The notes under the pieces are model-generated. The model made no database searches, had not been told where the DNA came from, and saw nothing but the letters and a program-made list of their open reading frames with translations. From assembly GCA_965263035.1 (NCBI GenBank), contig OZ253580.1, positions 2,176,001 to 2,240,000 of the forward strand: a stretch of DNA of 64,000 nt, written 5' to 3'. The position numbers were made by a program, and so were the translations under genes. Each line of letters begins with the position of its first letter. The first letter of the stretch is position 1. The stretch comes from Acidobacteriota bacterium (GTDB lineage: Bacteria; Acidobacteriota; UBA6911; RPQK01; JAJDTT01). This document shows, in pieces, positions 12,860 to 23,216 of this stretch.

Positions 12860-14146
12860 TCATCCGGCCTGGATGGTCCGCTTCTCCGGGTCGAAGACCA
12901 TGCGTTTCCCGCTCCAGTAGGCATCGGTCGCCATGATGCAGGCGATGGAGTGACCGTAGCCGGCCTCGACGGGAGCATACAGCCGTTTCGAATCTCGACT
13001 GCGGACGGCGTCGAGCCAGTTGGCCATGTGGTCGGTCTCTCCGGGATCCCCTTCAACCGGGACTCTGTCTGCCACTCTGCCGTCGGCCTTCACCCCTTTT
13101 CCGGAGAAATACCAGTCGTTGTCACGATGGGAAATGGCCTCGCCCTTGAAACTTCCCAGGGTCCCGTGGACCCGGGTGCCGCTGCCGTACCCGTTGATCC
13201 AGTTGGTGGAGTAGACCGTCAGGAACTTCCGGTCACCCTTCCGGTACTCCAGGGTGATCTCCTGAGTGTCCGGATTCTCCCGGTAGTCCTTCCATTGGTA
13301 GATCCCGCCATGGGCCACGACGCTCGAGGGATAGGTGACACCCGTCAGCATGTGCGCCAGGTCGATGCCGTGGCTCATCCACTGGTCGATGATGCCGCTG
13401 GAGAAGTCCTTGAAGAGCCGGAAGCAGCGAAAGATCCGGGGGTCGAAGGGCCGGTAGGGTCGGCCCATGAGCCAGGTGTTCCAATCCAGATCGCTCTCCT
13501 TGGCCATCAGGATGTCCTTTTCCTTCCGGGCCCAACGATAAGGACTGTGCTTGCTCCAATGGAAGTCGGCCTTGACGACGTCACCGATGAATCCTTCGGC
13601 AATCATGCGGCTGGCCTGGCGATACTTGGGATTGGCCCGTCTCTGGGTCCCGATCTGGACGATGGTGTCGGATTTGCGCACCGCGTCCAGGGCCGCGTTG
13701 GCTTCCTCCAGCACGTTGGCCATGGGTTTTTCGCAGTAGGCGTCCTTCCCCGCGTCGGCGGCCAACTTCAGAATCTGAGCGTGGGCGTGGTCGGGGGTGG
13801 CGATGATCAGAGCGTCCACGTCGGCATCCGCCAGGATCTCTTCGTGATGACGGTAGGCCCTGGGGGCGTGGCCCTGCTCGGCCTTCGCCAGCTCCACCGC
13901 ATTTTCGCGGCGATAGTTCCAGAGGTCGCAGACGGCGACGAGTCGAGCGTTGAACCGCCGGTTCATCTGAAAGAACCGCTTCAGTCTGCCGGTGCCGCGC
14001 CCTCCCGGCCCCACGATTCCCAGGTTGAGGCGATCGTTGACGTTGCGAGCGCTGACGATGCCGGGAAAGCCGGCCAGGGCCAGACCCGCTCCGGCTCCGG
14101 CCGAACGGGAAAGAAAGGAACGACGATGGATGGAAGCTTGACTCAT
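12860..14146 (-). CDS. Tat-exported Gfo/Idh/MocA oxidoreductase
   Basis: RRSFL Tat motif, GIVGPGGRG, IATPDHAH, YCEKP, QIGTQRR. Confidence 0.92.
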   Translation of the reverse strand: MSQASIHRRSFLSRSAGAGAGLALAGFPGIVSARNVNDRLNLGIVGPGGRGTGRLKRFFQMNRRFNARLVAVCDLWNYRRENAVELAKAEQGHAPRAYRHHEEILADADVDALIIATPDHAHAQILKLAADAGKDAYCEKPMANVLEEANAALDAVRKSDTIVQIGTQRRANPKYRQASRMIAEGFIGDVVKADFHWSKHSPYRWARKEKDILMAKESDLDWNTWLMGRPYRPFDPRIFRCFRLFKDFSSGIIDQWMSHGIDLAHMLTGVTYPSSVVAHGGIYQWKDYRENPDTQEITLEYRKGDRKFLTVYSTNWINGYGSGTRVHGTLGSFKGEAISHRDNDWYFSGKGVKADGRVADRVPVEGDPGETDHMANWLDAVRSRDSKRLYAPVEAGYGHSIACIMATDAYWSGKRMVFDPEKRTIQAG

Positions 14147-14348
14147 GAGCGGTTTCTCCTCACTGGAAGGATCCGGTCAGCGCCCGGACCGGACGACGGA
14201 CGTGACTGCCGAGACTTGAAAAGTATTGATACGGGAAATGCTACAGGAGGACTCCGGCTCGGGGCAAGAGCGGCGGACTTGGGAGGAGGGATAGGAGGGG
14301 AGACTTTTAGTCCCCCATTCCGTTTTTGCCGTACTTTACTCGGGAGTT

Positions 14349-14371
14349 CGGCGGTTGGAAACCGCCGCTCC
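14349..14371 (-). repeat. REP-like palindrome
   Basis: CGGCGGTTGGAAACCGCCGCTCC, same family as the 32392-32521 array. Confidence 0.7.
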
Positions 14372-14584
14372 AGCCGCCACTCCCGATTTCCCCCCAAAGA
14401 GACCTGCTACCGCTATCAATAGTGAAAAAGGAGCCAAATTTGTCTATTGATAGTAAATTCTTCGCCAACGATCCAAAGACGACCCCAAGTGAGCAGCGGG
14501 TTTCGAGTCCCCCGAACTCCCCCGTAGGCGGCAGGTAATCTCCCGCTCCTGGCGGCGTGATTCGGTCCGAACTATAGTGGATCT

Positions 14585-17356
14585 ATGTCATCCACGACTC
14601 TTCCCATACGATGTCCTGCCTGCTCTTCCCCATCAACACTCAACTCCCGGGTTTTCGCCGCCGGTCTGGTCCTGTCGGCGTGGCTGCTGCTGGGCGGACC
14701 TTACGCCGGAGCGACGATCACACTTGAGGTCGGCAAGAGCAACGGGGCGCTTCCCTTCCCTCAAACCAACGGGCGGCAGATCGCCAGGAATTCGGACGGC
14801 ATCTGGTTTCTGGCCTACGACTCCATGACCGGGGGGCGCTCCTCAATCTTCCTGGCCGCCTCCAGGGACGGGACTCCCGAGTTCGCCGGCGATTTCCATC
14901 CGGCCGTGGCCATTGCCGGCGGTTCGGACGAGGCGGTCCTGGCCGAGGTGGTCCGGGACGCCAGCGTGGCCAGCCTAGTCATCGACGAAGACGACGTCCT
15001 GCATCTGGTTTGGCAAAGCTCCGACCCCGAGGGCATCTGGTACAGCCGCTGCTCCGTCAAGGGGAAGGAACCGGCGGCCGCCTTTCGGAACGCGGTTCTG
15101 TGGACGGGAGCCGGCGGGGGTCAAGGCGCCGAGCGGATCGATGACGGTGTATCCCCACAACTCGGAGACGTGGTCATCGACGAGAAAGGGCAACTCCGGA
15201 TCCTCTACAGCCAGACGGTGGAGGTACCGCCGGACCACGTCTTTCACCTCCTGGCCAAGGGACATCCCTACTCCCGCCGCCTCCGCCGGGAACCGGCGGG
15301 GCAGATCTGGGCGGCCTCTCCCAAGGCGGATGGTTGGACACGAAGGCCGCTGACTCTGCCTGGAGACTACGGCCCGCCGGTGGCGGACCTGGACCCCCAA
15401 GGAACCCTGCACCTGACTTCCGCCCGGGACGGTTCCTGGTTTATCTTCTATCTACAACTGCCCGATTTCGCGGGAGGCCTCGATCAGGGCCGGGACTTCA
15501 CCGCCGTCGCTCCCCATGTTCCCTGGAGCGGGACCGGTTACGTAAGCCACAGCGTGGTGGGCTGGGGCCGGACGGCCCTGGTGGTGTGGGAGAAGGTGGA
15601 GCACCAACTCCAATATGCCTACTACGACGGACGAACTTGGACGGTTCAGCCGCTGCATCATAGTCAGGAGGCCTTACACCATCCCATCCTGGCCCGCGAC
15701 GAGCACGGCGTGGCCTGGGTCTTCTGGACCAACACCACCCGAAGCCACAGCTTCTACTCCCGCTGGCTGGGTTCCCGGTTCTCCGCTCCCTACGAGTGCC
15801 GGATGGTGGGCGGGGACCCCGTCTCCCACGAGGAGGCCACCCGGGCGCCTTCTCTCAGCCACTCCCACACCGTCGAACGAAACTCGCGGGAGGGGTCCGG
15901 GACTCTGGGAATGGCGCTCTCCGTCCAGGCCCCCGCTGGTAGCGTCTACTTCGACCCGCTGCTGGTGCCCGACCTGAACCCGGAGCCGGGGAGGAAGGTG
16001 CTGTTTCTGGACATGCTGGAGGTCAGCGCCCTCGACGGTCTGGACGAGTCTTTCCAGCCGATGCGAAAGCACCCGGCCAATCCGGTGCTCCGGCCGGGTC
16101 CGGCCGGGAGCTGGGACGACAAGCGGGCCATCGCATACGGGGAGGTCTTCCACGAGGAAGGCCGGTTCCGCATGTGGTACGCGGGGATCGACCGGCAGGC
16201 CAGCGGCTACATGGTGGGCTACGCCGAGAGCGAGGATGGAATCGACTGGGTCAAGCCGGTCCTGAACCAGGTAGAGTACAAAGGCTCCACGGAGAACAAC
16301 ATCCTGGACCTCGCCTACAACCCGTACGGCTACTGGACCATGATGGTCAAGGACGAACGGGAACCGGACCCCGAAAAGCACTACAAGGTGCTGGTGGCCC
16401 ACACCGGAGGAAACCGGCTCCACACCTCGCCCGACGGGCTTCGGTGGACCGAGGGGATCGTGGTCAATCCCGACCGGCTGCCGTCGGGAGAGCGGAATCC
16501 GGGCCGCTTCGGAGACCGGAGAGGCCTCTTCGATGACTCTCTGGAGAAGGATCCGGAAAGGCGCTGGAAAGTCTTCGGCCGTACCTGTACCGGCCCGGAA
16601 CAGCTGATCCCCCGGCGCACCCGGCGGACCTGCCGCTACTGGAGTCCCGACCTGATCCGATGGACGCCCGACCCCCGCAATCCGGTCATGGTCCCGCGGG
16701 CCGGGACCGAGGTGGAGCAGCATGCCATGTCGGTCTGGATCGACGCCGGGATGTACCTGGGGATGTTCGACGTCTGGGACGAGATGCAGCTAAGTCCCCA
16801 ACAACTGGTGGTGAGCCGGGACGGGCGGAACTTCGTCCACGTCTTCGACGGGTCCTATGCCATTGAGTTGGGTGAACCGGGGACCTGGGATGAAGGCTGG
16901 GTCTCGCCCATCAACGTTCCCATTGCGGTGGGGGACGAGCTCTGGAACTACTACTCCGGGGGGCCGGTGACCATCGGACCCTTCCACGACTGGAACACCC
17001 TGCCCATGTACACGGGCCTGGCTACGATCCGCCGGGACGGCTTCGTGGGCCTGGACGTCCAGAAAGGACGTTCGGCGGGTTGGTTCACGACCCTGCCCCT
17101 GAAGCCGGGAGCCGAGGTGCTGAGTCTGGAGGTGAACGCCGACGGGTTGGCGCGCGGCGCCGGACGCATTTCCGTGGATCTGCTCCGGGGCGGCGAAGTT
17201 CTGGCCACCAGCAACGCCGTCACCGAGGATGGGGTGGCGACTCCAGTTCGGTGGCCGGTGGGCGGCAGCCGGCTGCGAATGCCTGAATCGGGGCAACTGC
17301 GGTTGCGATTCCGGCTGGAGGGCGAGGCACGTCTCTACAGCTTCACCTTTCGGTAG
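14585..17356 (+). CDS. Large secreted protein with C-terminal five-bladed beta-propeller glycosidase-like domain (GH32/GH130-like)
   Basis: KHPANPVL..WDD, FRMWY, YAESEDGIDWVKP, RRDGF, LRFRL..LYSF; TATAGT-N6-ATG start. Confidence 0.72.
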   Translation: MSSTTLPIRCPACSSPSTLNSRVFAAGLVLSAWLLLGGPYAGATITLEVGKSNGALPFPQTNGRQIARNSDGIWFLAYDSMTGGRSSIFLAASRDGTPEFAGDFHPAVAIAGGSDEAVLAEVVRDASVASLVIDEDDVLHLVWQSSDPEGIWYSRCSVKGKEPAAAFRNAVLWTGAGGGQGAERIDDGVSPQLGDVVIDEKGQLRILYSQTVEVPPDHVFHLLAKGHPYSRRLRREPAGQIWAASPKADGWTRRPLTLPGDYGPPVADLDPQGTLHLTSARDGSWFIFYLQLPDFAGGLDQGRDFTAVAPHVPWSGTGYVSHSVVGWGRTALVVWEKVEHQLQYAYYDGRTWTVQPLHHSQEALHHPILARDEHGVAWVFWTNTTRSHSFYSRWLGSRFSAPYECRMVGGDPVSHEEATRAPSLSHSHTVERNSREGSGTLGMALSVQAPAGSVYFDPLLVPDLNPEPGRKVLFLDMLEVSALDGLDESFQPMRKHPANPVLRPGPAGSWDDKRAIAYGEVFHEEGRFRMWYAGIDRQASGYMVGYAESEDGIDWVKPVLNQVEYKGSTENNILDLAYNPYGYWTMMVKDEREPDPEKHYKVLVAHTGGNRLHTSPDGLRWTEGIVVNPDRLPSGERNPGRFGDRRGLFDDSLEKDPERRWKVFGRTCTGPEQLIPRRTRRTCRYWSPDLIRWTPDPRNPVMVPRAGTEVEQHAMSVWIDAGMYLGMFDVWDEMQLSPQQLVVSRDGRNFVHVFDGSYAIELGEPGTWDEGWVSPINVPIAVGDELWNYYSGGPVTIGPFHDWNTLPMYTGLATIRRDGFVGLDVQKGRSAGWFTTLPLKPGAEVLSLEVNADGLARGAGRISVDLLRGGEVLATSNAVTEDGVATPVRWPVGGSRLRMPESGQLRLRFRLEGEARLYSFTFR

Positions 17357-17389
17357 AGGGTCGACCCGACACTCCATGGAGGATTCTCG

Positions 17390-19201
17390 ATGCACCGACT
17401 CACCATTCTGTTCTTCCTGGCCGGCTCTTCTCTGATCCATGCCGGGACCCGGATCACCCTGGACAACCCCATGCCCCCTCCGGCGTGGGCTCTGGCGCAG
17501 CGTGCTCTCCTGGAGGCCAACGCCGAGGAGGCCCAGCGGCTCGCCGACAGGTACATGGACGAACGTGGCTGGCTGGCCATCACGCCCAACTGGGGCGGGA
17601 TGGACGGGGCTGACGACGTCATGGAGAGGTTCCGGCACTGGCCCCTGCTCTACATCCTGGGAGGATCCGAATCGGTTCTCGCCACCTACAAGAAGATCTG
17701 GGAGGGGCACCTGGAGCAGTACACCGAGGCCCGGGAGCCGCTGGTGGAGGTGGTCCGGGAAGGGATGTATTACCGGGAGTTCTGTCCTTCCTTCGACTGG
17801 GAACATATCGGCGAAGGCATGGCGGGCTGGTACTGGTACGGGATGGCGCGTCCCCGGGATCCCGGGTACCTGATCCGCGCGCGGCGGTTCAGCTCCTTCT
17901 ACATGAACGAGGACCCGTCGACCCCCAACTACGACCCGGAACACAAGATTATCCGCAGTCTCTTCAACGGCAGCCGGGGACCCCTTCTGGGGGTTCCCAC
18001 CGAGGCTCACTGGGCAGGACCGCCCCGTCCCCGGCACGATCCCCGGCCGGGCCGGCCCCGAAGGACCCTCCGGTTCTCCCGCCAGGGCTACATGGTGGAC
18101 CTGAGCGGTGACCACCCGCTGAACCTCATGGCCACGAATCTGGCCATGACGGCCTTCATGCTCACCCACGAGGAGAAGTACCGGAGCTGGATCCTGGAGT
18201 ACGTGGACGCCTGGAAGGAGCGGGCCCGGGAGAACGGCGGCAACATTCCCACCAATATCGGTCTGGACGGCAGCATCGGAGGCCAGTGGGACGGCAAGTG
18301 GTACGGCGGGGTTTACGGCTGGAACTTCCGTCCCCGTTACGACGAGTTCACCCCCGACCGTGAGGGAGAGCCCTACCCGGGGAGCAACATGTTCATCCGG
18401 GGATCGCGCATCGGTTTCGGCATCGCTCTGCTGCTGACGGGCAATCCCGAATACCCGGCCGTCCTCCGCCGCCAGATGGACAACCTGTATGCAGCCGGCC
18501 GGGAGGAGAACGGACGGTTTCTCATTCCCCGCAAGCACGGCGACGACGGTTGGTACGGATATACCGAAAACGTCTATCTGGAAGAGCAGATCGATCTGTA
18601 CCTCTGGTCTCTCGACACGTCTCTCGATCCGGTCCAACGCCGGCGGGTCTCGGCCCACCCTTGGATCCGCTACCTGGAGGGACGGCACGACGGCTACCCT
18701 CTGGAGGCGCTGCAACAGGATTTCGCTGTCATCGGCCGGCAGATGAAGCGGTTGCGGGAGGATGGGGCGACTCGAGACACCCGCTCCTCCACCGGTTTTG
18801 CTCGAACCGTCGCCGTGACCTCACTGCTCCATTTGATGCTGGGCGCCAACTACCCGGGCGGATCGGGGAACGCGCTCCATGCACAGGCGCGGTATTTCGA
18901 TCCGGACCGCCAGCGGCCCGGCCTGCCGCCCGGCGTCGGTGCGCTGGTGGAGAAGCTCGAGCCCGGATCGCTCACGTTGACGCTGGTCAACGTGAGTCCC
19001 GTGCACGCACGGGACGTTTTGGTCCAGACCGGCGGCTACGCCGAGCACCGGTGCCTGTCGGTGAAGGACGGGGACCGGGTGATCCCCGTGAACGACTCCC
19101 ATTTCCGGGTGAGACTGGAGCCGGGGAGCGGCGGGCGCCTCGTGTTGTCGCTGGAGCGCTACTCGAACACTCCGACCCTGGCATTCCCCTGGGATCGCTG
19201 A
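17390..19201 (+). CDS. Conserved secreted hypothetical protein, copy 1
   Basis: GGAGG SD, signal peptide, 603 aa with GC3 bias; paralogue at 24326-26137. Confidence 0.8.
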   Translation: MHRLTILFFLAGSSLIHAGTRITLDNPMPPPAWALAQRALLEANAEEAQRLADRYMDERGWLAITPNWGGMDGADDVMERFRHWPLLYILGGSESVLATYKKIWEGHLEQYTEAREPLVEVVREGMYYREFCPSFDWEHIGEGMAGWYWYGMARPRDPGYLIRARRFSSFYMNEDPSTPNYDPEHKIIRSLFNGSRGPLLGVPTEAHWAGPPRPRHDPRPGRPRRTLRFSRQGYMVDLSGDHPLNLMATNLAMTAFMLTHEEKYRSWILEYVDAWKERARENGGNIPTNIGLDGSIGGQWDGKWYGGVYGWNFRPRYDEFTPDREGEPYPGSNMFIRGSRIGFGIALLLTGNPEYPAVLRRQMDNLYAAGREENGRFLIPRKHGDDGWYGYTENVYLEEQIDLYLWSLDTSLDPVQRRRVSAHPWIRYLEGRHDGYPLEALQQDFAVIGRQMKRLREDGATRDTRSSTGFARTVAVTSLLHLMLGANYPGGSGNALHAQARYFDPDRQRPGLPPGVGALVEKLEPGSLTLTLVNVSPVHARDVLVQTGGYAEHRCLSVKDGDRVIPVNDSHFRVRLEPGSGGRLVLSLERYSNTPTLAFPWDR

Positions 19202-19263
19202 CGGCGTCGGACCGGACGGATCGCGTGCCAATGGAACCGGACACTTCACGTGCTCACGAAAAC

Positions 19264-19301
19264 TTGTAGATGGTCAGGTTGAGAATCTAGTATTTGACCA
19301 T
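19264..19301 (+). promoter_or_regulatory. TA promoter/operator
   Basis: TTGTAG-N18-TAGTAT-N6-ATG; inverted repeat ATGGTCA(19270)...TGACCAT(19295). Confidence 0.6.
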
Positions 19302-19545
19302 GATCAAGTCCAACATTGCGCAGGCGAAAGCCCATCTCTCAGAGTACCTCCAGAGCGTCGAACGCGGTGAGACGGTGGTCCTGTGTCGACGTAATGTGCC
19401 CATTGCCGAGATCCGACCCCCTACGAAGCTGCCCATGAAGGAACGCCGGATCGGTACCGATCCGGGCCTGAGGATGCCCGACAGTTTCTTTGACCCACTT
19501 CCCGAGGACATCCTCCGGGCTTTCGGCGGTGGCGACGAGTCGTAG
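19300..19545 (+). CDS. Phd/YefM family antitoxin
   Basis: NIAQAKAHLSEYL..VERGETVVLCRRNVPIAEI, FFDPLPEDIL. Confidence 0.9.
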   Translation: MIKSNIAQAKAHLSEYLQSVERGETVVLCRRNVPIAEIRPPTKLPMKERRIGTDPGLRMPDSFFDPLPEDILRAFGGGDES

Positions 19546-19931
19546 TGAGACTCTTGGTCGACACCTGTACTTTCCTCTGGTTGGCTGGTAACGATTCTCG
19601 TCTTACGGCCCGGGTTCGCGCTGCTTTCGTGAATCCGGCGAACGCCGTCTACCTCAGCTCGCTCTCAGTGTGGGAAATCGCCATCAAGCACCGGCTGGGC
19701 CGGCTACCGCTACCCGATTCACCCGGACGCTACGTAGTCCCGCAGCGGGAGCAACTGCAGATAGAATTGTTGGCCTTCGACGAGGCCTGCGCGGCACACG
19801 ACACTCAGCTACCCCCGTATCATTCCGACCCGTTCGACCGGGGTCTGGTGTCACAGGCGATCCTCCACGGGATGACCCTCGTGACGCCTGGTCCGGAAAT
19901 CGCCCGCTATCCTGCACCCACACTCTGGTGA
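19545..19931 (+). CDS. vapC: VapC-type PIN toxin
   Basis: MRLLVDT..FLW, SVWEIAIK, HSDPFDR; coupled to the antitoxin. Confidence 0.9.
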   Translation: MRLLVDTCTFLWLAGNDSRLTARVRAAFVNPANAVYLSSLSVWEIAIKHRLGRLPLPDSPGRYVVPQREQLQIELLAFDEACAAHDTQLPPYHSDPFDRGLVSQAILHGMTLVTPGPEIARYPAPTLW

Positions 19932-19978
19932 TTAGGCGGACGGCCGCGAATCAGTTCACCACACACTTGGACCAAACC

Positions 19979-20005
19979 ACCCTGGCGTTCCCATGGGAAC
20001 GCTGA
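19979..20005 (+). repeat. 27-bp direct repeat of the 3' end of gene 17390-19201 (partner 19175-19201)
   Basis: ACCCTGGCGTTCCCATGGGAACGCTGA vs ACCCTGGCATTCCCCTGGGATCGCTGA, 3 mismatches. Confidence 0.85.
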
Positions 20006-20063
20006 TCGATCCGAATGGTGGAGCAACGAGACGGCGGAGCTACCTCCGGTTGGCGAAGTCCCG

Positions 20064-20338
20064 TCAGGAACGAGTCCCCGCCTCCCCCATCAGCGACGCC
20101 AAGATCTCCATGGAGGAGACCGCTTGGCAATCGGTAAAGTGATCGATCTGGTGCCGGCAGGAGAAACCGGGCGCCACCACCGCGGTCCCGGAGGCGGCTT
20201 CCCGGAGAGCCGGAAAGAGGCGCAGCTCTCCCACCGCGCGGGAGACCTCGTAGTGCTTGCGCTCGTAACCGAACATCCCGGCCATGCCGCAGCAGCCGCT
20301 GTCCAGTGGAGTGACCTGCACTCCCGGGTCCGTGCCAA
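20064..20338 (-). pseudogene. 3' remnant of the FAD/Fe-S oxidoreductase
   Basis: QVTPLDSGCCGMAGMFGYERKHYEVS...HFTD near-identical to the C-terminus of 26336-29266. Confidence 0.9.
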
Positions 20339-20342
20339 GAAG

Positions 20343-20416
20343 CGAAAACGTGACTGTCCCCTTTTCGCACGCACGGGACCGAAAACGCACGCGACTGTCC
20401 CTTTTCGCAGGCATGC
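20343..20416. repeat. Two imperfect direct repeats CGAAAA..GACTGTCCC(C)TTTTCGCA
   Basis: Read directly; located at the truncation point of the oxidoreductase remnant. Confidence 0.65.
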
Positions 20417-20474
20417 GATGTTTCACTTCTGTGCCGTTATACTGCAAGTGATTCAGCTGCAAAGGAGGTAGGCA

Positions 20475-20900
20475 GTGAAACCCATATCTTTGTTCCTCTC
20501 GGTCCTCATGGTCCTACATCCCAGCTTGCAGGCCGGTCCCCTCTCGGCACAGAAAGCGGTTCACCTGGTTTCGATCGAGGAGTTGCGGGACCAAGTCGCG
20601 GCACAAACGGCCGAACGCGCCAGCAACATTCGCGAAGTCCAGACCCTGCTCCGTCACCAGGGGGTTCAAAATCGCTTGGGGCACCTTTTCGACCTGGAGA
20701 AAGTCGCGGTTGCAGTCCCCACGCTGGACAACGAGACGTTGGCCGAGCTGGCCCGGCAAAGCGGGCAGGTGAACGAACAGTTCAGAGCCGGCGGCATGGG
20801 AATGATCTTGGCGCTCGTGATAGCTGTTGTCGTTGTCATCATCCTTGCGATCATATTGGTGAATAAGGCAGAGGATGTGGCCGAAACTGTACTCGGTTAA
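20475..20900 (+). CDS. Small exported/membrane protein (PA2779-like)
   Basis: AGGAGG SD, signal peptide, 'LDNETLAELA...AGG' followed by a C-terminal TM helix. Confidence 0.6.
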   Translation: MKPISLFLSVLMVLHPSLQAGPLSAQKAVHLVSIEELRDQVAAQTAERASNIREVQTLLRHQGVQNRLGHLFDLEKVAVAVPTLDNETLAELARQSGQVNEQFRAGGMGMILALVIAVVVVIILAIILVNKAEDVAETVLG

Positions 20901-20933
20901 CGCCTTTTCCCGCCATGGGCACGCTCTGTCGAC

Positions 20934-20972
20934 GTTAACAGCCCGTGGCAAAAGTCGCCACGGGCTGTTAAC
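20934..20972. repeat. Perfect 16-bp hairpin (terminator or minimal IS footprint)
   Basis: GTTAACAGCCCGTGGC-AAAAGTC-GCCACGGGCTGTTAAC. Confidence 0.75.
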
Positions 20973-21200
20973 CGACTGAGCGGATCCGTGACCACAAGGA
21001 AGCGGAACGAGTACGGCGAGAGAATCTTCGGCTGCTTGTCGCGCCGGATCTCCGCACGGACGCTCAGCGTCCCGCGAAGACGGAACAGAATGATCGATAC
21101 TTGCGCCCGTAGCGAGGGAACCCGTCCAGCCGGACGATCAAGTATGGCCACCCTCCCTGCTTCTTGACTCCCGTCTCCCGCTGCGACTCTAATGGCGCGT

Positions 21201-23216
21201 ATGGCACGCCTGTTGATCGTCCTCTCCGCATTCAACTTCTTCCTGACTCCGATATGGGCCCGCGTCGTCCGGGTGGAGATCCACGAACGGAATCCGATCC
21301 TGGAGGGTGAGCCCTATCCGCTGGTAGGCCCCTACGAACTGATCACGGGACGCGTGCACTTCGCCGTCGACCCCGATCTGGGACCCAACCGGATCATCAC
21401 TGACATCCTGAAGGCGCCCCGCAACGATCAGGGCGAGGTGGAGTTCTCCTCCGATCTCGTGCTCTTGAAACCGGTGCAAGTGGAGCGAGGCAACGGCGCC
21501 ATTTTCTACGAGGTCTCCAACCGGGGCGGAAAGGCCATGGTCGGTTTTTTCAACCTGGCCCGGTACACCCGGACTCCCAAGACCCGTGAGGATTTCGGAG
21601 ACGGGTTCCTCATGCGCCAGGGATTCACGCTCATGTGGCTGGGCTGGCAACTGGATCCGCCCCACCGGCCAGGAAACATGCGTGTCTACCCGGCAATCGC
21701 CCGGGGTTCCGATCACCCTATCACCGGTCTGGTCCGATGCGACTTCGTGGTCAAGACCCGCGCCGACCACCACATTCTCTCGGACCGCAACCACGTTCCC
21801 TATCCCGTGTCCGATCCCCAAGCCCCCGAGAATTCCATGACGGTCCGGGATGCCGTCGAGGGAGAGCGCCAGGCCGTTCCCCGAAACCGCTGGCGGTTCG
21901 CCCGAATGGAGGAGGGACGGACGGTGCCCGACTCGACTCACGTCCTGTTGGAAGGGGGATTCGAGCCCGGCAAGATCTACGAGGTGGTCTACCGGAGCCA
22001 GGATCCTCCCTTGGTGGGACTGGGCCCCACAGCCGTGCGCGACATGATCTCCCACCTCAAATACGAGGGCGACCCGGACCTGTCCATTCCCCGGAGCACC
22101 CTGAATCGTGCGTTGGGGTTCGGGAGCTCCCAGAGCGGGCGATTCCTGCGGACCTTCCTCTACCAGGGTTTCAACGAGGACGAGCAGAACCGGCGCGTCT
22201 TCGACGGGCTCATACCCCACGTGGCGGGTGCGGGCCGGGGCAGCTTCAACCATCGATTCGCCCAGCCTTCGCGGGACGCCCAGCCCTTCTCCAACTTCTT
22301 CTATCCCACCGACATCTTCCCCTTCACCGACACGGCCCAGACCGACCCGGAGACAGGGGAGACCGACGGACTTCTCATTCACTTCGCCCGGCCGGAGCTC
22401 TGCCCCAAGATCTTCTACACCAACACTTCCTACGAGTACTGGGGCCGCGCCTCCTCGCTGATCCACACCACCGTGGACGGAACCCGCGACGTGGAGTTCA
22501 TGGATCAGGTTCGCCATTACCATTTTGCCGGCAGCCAGCATGGAGTGGGACCATTTCCTCCTACGCGGACGCGGGGGCAGCAACTGAACAATCCTCTGGA
22601 CTTCAGAGGGACGATGCGCGCCCTGCTCCTGGCCCTGGATCGGTGGGTTGACGACGGGACGACTCCGCCTCCCAGCCGCTACCCCCGCCTGGACCAAGCC
22701 ACGCTGGTCCCGTTTCCCGAGTTCGACTTCCCCCGGTTGCCGGGCATCCGGGTGCCCCCCCGAATCCACCGGGCGTACCGGATGGATTACGGCCCCCGGT
22801 TTCGCTCGGAGGGCATCGTGACCCTCCAGCCGCCTCGAGTCGGCGCTCCCTTTCCGATCCTGGTTCCCAAGGTCGACGCCGACGGGAACGAGCTTGCGGG
22901 GATCCGCCTTCCGGAAGTGGCGGTCCCCCTGGCTACGTACACGGGATGGAACCTCTTCGGCCCCGGCCAGGGTCCGCCGACGGAAATTTGCAGCTTCCGC
23001 GGCTCCTACATTCCCTTCGCCCGGAGCAAGGAGGAGCGCCTCGAAGCGGGTGACCCCCGACCCTCCATCCGGGAGAGGTACGGGAGCCGGGATGAGTACC
23101 TGGGGCGAGTCACCGAAACTGCCCTTGAACTCATGGATCAGGGATACCTGCTGTCGCAGGATGTTCCCCTGGTCGTCAAGGGAGCAGCCGTCCGGTGGGA
23201 CTACCTGATGCGCTGA
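21201..23216 (+). CDS. Secreted alpha/beta hydrolase domain protein, copy 2
   Basis: Colinear, same-length paralogue of 8339-10354. Confidence 0.85.
   Translation: MARLLIVLSAFNFFLTPIWARVVRVEIHERNPILEGEPYPLVGPYELITGRVHFAVDPDLGPNRIITDILKAPRNDQGEVEFSSDLVLLKPVQVERGNGAIFYEVSNRGGKAMVGFFNLARYTRTPKTREDFGDGFLMRQGFTLMWLGWQLDPPHRPGNMRVYPAIARGSDHPITGLVRCDFVVKTRADHHILSDRNHVPYPVSDPQAPENSMTVRDAVEGERQAVPRNRWRFARMEEGRTVPDSTHVLLEGGFEPGKIYEVVYRSQDPPLVGLGPTAVRDMISHLKYEGDPDLSIPRSTLNRALGFGSSQSGRFLRTFLYQGFNEDEQNRRVFDGLIPHVAGAGRGSFNHRFAQPSRDAQPFSNFFYPTDIFPFTDTAQTDPETGETDGLLIHFARPELCPKIFYTNTSYEYWGRASSLIHTTVDGTRDVEFMDQVRHYHFAGSQHGVGPFPPTRTRGQQLNNPLDFRGTMRALLLALDRWVDDGTTPPPSRYPRLDQATLVPFPEFDFPRLPGIRVPPRIHRAYRMDYGPRFRSEGIVTLQPPRVGAPFPILVPKVDADGNELAGIRLPEVAVPLATYTGWNLFGPGQGPPTEICSFRGSYIPFARSKEERLEAGDPRPSIRERYGSRDEYLGRVTETALELMDQGYLLSQDVPLVVKGAAVRWDYLMR

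Noticed and set aside
12818-14422. 534-aa + strand ORF, and the many other long antisense ORFs (e.g. 16790-18715, 44604-47063, 56270-58177)
   Set aside because: High-GC shadow frames opposite genes with clear motifs
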